Shown here piece by piece: positions 62,671-64,000 of a stretch of DNA of 64,000 nucleotides (positions are counted from its first letter, which is position 1; each line of letters starts with the position of its first letter). The translations under genes and the position numbers were made by a program. The DNA is from Clostridia bacterium (lineage in GTDB: Bacteria; Bacillota; Clostridia; Christensenellales; CAG-314). Where the stretch lies: NCBI GenBank assembly GCA_017409765.1, contig JAFQSA010000044.1:4406-68405 (forward strand), given 5' to 3'. Under the pieces are notes generated by a model that saw only the letters and a program-made list of their open reading frames with translations, did not search any database and was not told where the DNA came from.

Positions 62671-63377
62671 TTCAAAAACAAATGTTAGAGTACCAAAAGA
62701 TTGATGGCGAACTCAACCGCATCGAACGCGACTTGCGCAAGAGCGAAGCATACCAAAACATCAAAAAGTACAAGGCACTTCGCCAAGACTACGAAGATAC
62801 TCTCAATCGTTTTGATGCCAAAGCAAGCGAACTCAAAACAAAACTTACTCAAGCAAAGCAAGCGGTTGCAAAAATCAGCGCCGTTATCGAAGAACTCTCC
62901 AACGAAATGTCCCATGTGGAAAGTAGCGACGAACTCAAGTACATGAGCAAAAAGTTGGACGAACAACTCAAACTTCTTTCCTCTCAAGAAAGTGAAATCC
63001 GCGATATTCTTCGCGAAGGGGAAGAAATTGCCAAAAAGTTTGACGAAATCAACTCCAAACTTGTTGCCATCGCCAAGGCGCTCAAAACTGCCAACGACGA
63101 CTTTGCCAGCCAAAAGGAAGCAGTAAAACCCCGCGTTATGGAACTCAAATCCAAGTTGGATGCATTGAAACCCCAACTTGACCAAAAGTTGTTCGAAATG
63201 TACGAGCGCATCTCCGCCGGCAAGGTGTTCCCTGTGTTTGTTCCACTTAGCGACGGAAACCGCTGTGGTGGTTGCCGTATGGACATGCCTCTTGGCGTTG
63301 TGGAAACGGAAATGCAAAAGCACGGTGGCATCATGCGTTGCGAACATTGCGGTCGCATCATGTACACCGCCGACTAG
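62667..63377 (+). CDS. coiled-coil protein with C-terminal C4 zinc ribbon (COG1579/DUF164-like)
   Basis: AGGAGG RBS and ATGA overlap with trmK. C-terminal CGGC...CEHCG. Confidence 0.8.
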   Translation: MIQKQMLEYQKIDGELNRIERDLRKSEAYQNIKKYKALRQDYEDTLNRFDAKASELKTKLTQAKQAVAKISAVIEELSNEMSHVESSDELKYMSKKLDEQLKLLSSQESEIRDILREGEEIAKKFDEINSKLVAIAKALKTANDDFASQKEAVKPRVMELKSKLDALKPQLDQKLFEMYERISAGKVFPVFVPLSDGNRCGGCRMDMPLGVVETEMQKHGGIMRCEHCGRIMYTAD

Positions 63378-63523
63378 TTAACTTCCCAAACGCAATTTTG
63401 CCGTGATGGTGCAACTTTCAAAATAAGTTACAACCGCATAGTATCAAGTTGGCACAACAAGTATCTTTGGTAAGGTATTTCAACTAACCCAACAAGATAT
63501 CAACAATACAAATTGTAAACACA

Positions 63524-63560
63524 TCAAAAAAAGGACTCTCCAGTTGGAAAGTCCTTTTTG
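63524..63560. terminator. bidirectional terminator
   Basis: AGGACT.TCCA/TGGA.AGTCCT flanked by an A-run and a T-run, between convergent genes. Confidence 0.8.
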
Positions 63561-63596
63561 TTTTCTAAATTGTCAAATTATGTTGTTGCAACAAAC

Positions 63597-64000
63597 CTAT
63601 TTTGTACCAAACAATCTGTCGCCAGCATCGCCAAGACCAGGCAAAATGTAGCTGTGTTCGTTAAGTTGTCTGTCTTGTGTTGCGCAGTAGATTTGTACGT
63701 CAGGGTGAGCCTTGTGCAATGCCTCGATTCCTTCGGGTGCAGCAATGATGTGCATGCACTTGATGTGTTTTACGCCCTTTGCCTTCAAGAGGTCAACAGC
63801 AGCAATAGCGCTACCACCGGTTGCAAGCATTGGGTCAAGCACGATGCAAATTTTTTCTTCAATGTGGAGAGGCAACTTGCAGTAGTACTCTTGTGGTTGG
63901 CAAGTTTCTTCGTCACGGTACATACCAATGTGACCAACCTTTGCCGTTGGGAACAATGTGTGTACGCCGTTTACCATACCAAGACCAGCGCGCAAAATGG
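63597..64000 (-). CDS. upp: uracil phosphoribosyltransferase (N-terminus beyond the window edge)
   Basis: PRPP loop [11 protein letters not shown] and C-terminal [13 protein letters not shown]. The ORF is open to position 64000. Confidence 0.9.
   Translation of the reverse strand, partial: ILRAGLGMVNGVHTLFPTAKVGHIGMYRDEETCQPQEYYCKLPLHIEEKICIVLDPMLATGGSAIAAVDLLKAKGVKHIKCMHIIAAPEGIEALHKAHPDVQIYCATQDRQLNEHSYILPGLGDAGDRLFGTK

Noticed and set aside
1-64000. Transposase, integrase, rRNA, tmRNA, or restriction-modification/CRISPR-Cas/other named defence genes.
   Set aside because: No ORF in the track or by eye shows the corresponding signatures: DDE or HUH transposase motifs, an integrase R-H-R-Y, methyltransferase motifs, or cas genes. 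The mobile character of the 1-2.3 kb fragment and of the repeat families is therefore inferred indirectly.

Overview
This looks like a chromosomal window from an endospore-forming, anaerobic Firmicute (Clostridia-like). G+C is roughly 40-45% by eye. Codon bias is strong and leaves very long stop-free antisense shadow ORFs over most real genes. All protein and RNA family calls come from motif recognition and synteny only; no searches were run.

Gene content, left to right:
- 1-2.3 kb: an AT-richer phage/island-like fragment abutting the 3' end of tRNA-Ser(GCU). It holds overlapping tiny minus-strand genes, a 233-aa protein with an Rx4H HEPN-type motif, and an untracked 43-aa membrane peptide.
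- A Big_2/OB-repeat surface lipoprotein, then an orphan XRE gene bracketed by duplicated repeat/terminator blocks.
- A 10-gene minus-strand HydABC-type (electron-bifurcating) [FeFe]-hydrogenase operon with interleaved DRTGG, kinase-like, PHP and Fe-hydrogenase-like putative sensory genes.
- A P2-type cation ATPase behind a consensus promoter and a yybP-ykoY (Mn2+) riboswitch.
- Sporulation genes: spoIIR, sleB-ypeB, yabP-yabQ-divIC, a cotH-like gene and yaaT.
- Two tandem paralogous ~780-aa alpha/beta-hydrolase::polytopic-membrane fusion proteins.
- Housekeeping and other genes: pepF, GH5, mrp, ywaF-like, serS, cysS, plsC-like, puuR-like + potABCD, ppdK, DUF2804, an MGMT-domain operon, tmk-holB-yaaT-tsaC-rpiB, dnaG-rpoD-trmK and upp (partial).
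- No rRNA, CRISPR array, transposase or integrase was seen.

The most striking non-genic signal is in the intergenic DNA, which carries three repeat classes:
1. A GTAG-headed REP-like hairpin family, more than 25 copies, almost all on one strand.
2. A two-hairpin composite repeat ending in TGAGAGGG, with covarying stems.
3. A 13-18 nt motif, ACACCACGTATCC.
Several local duplications are associated with these repeats.
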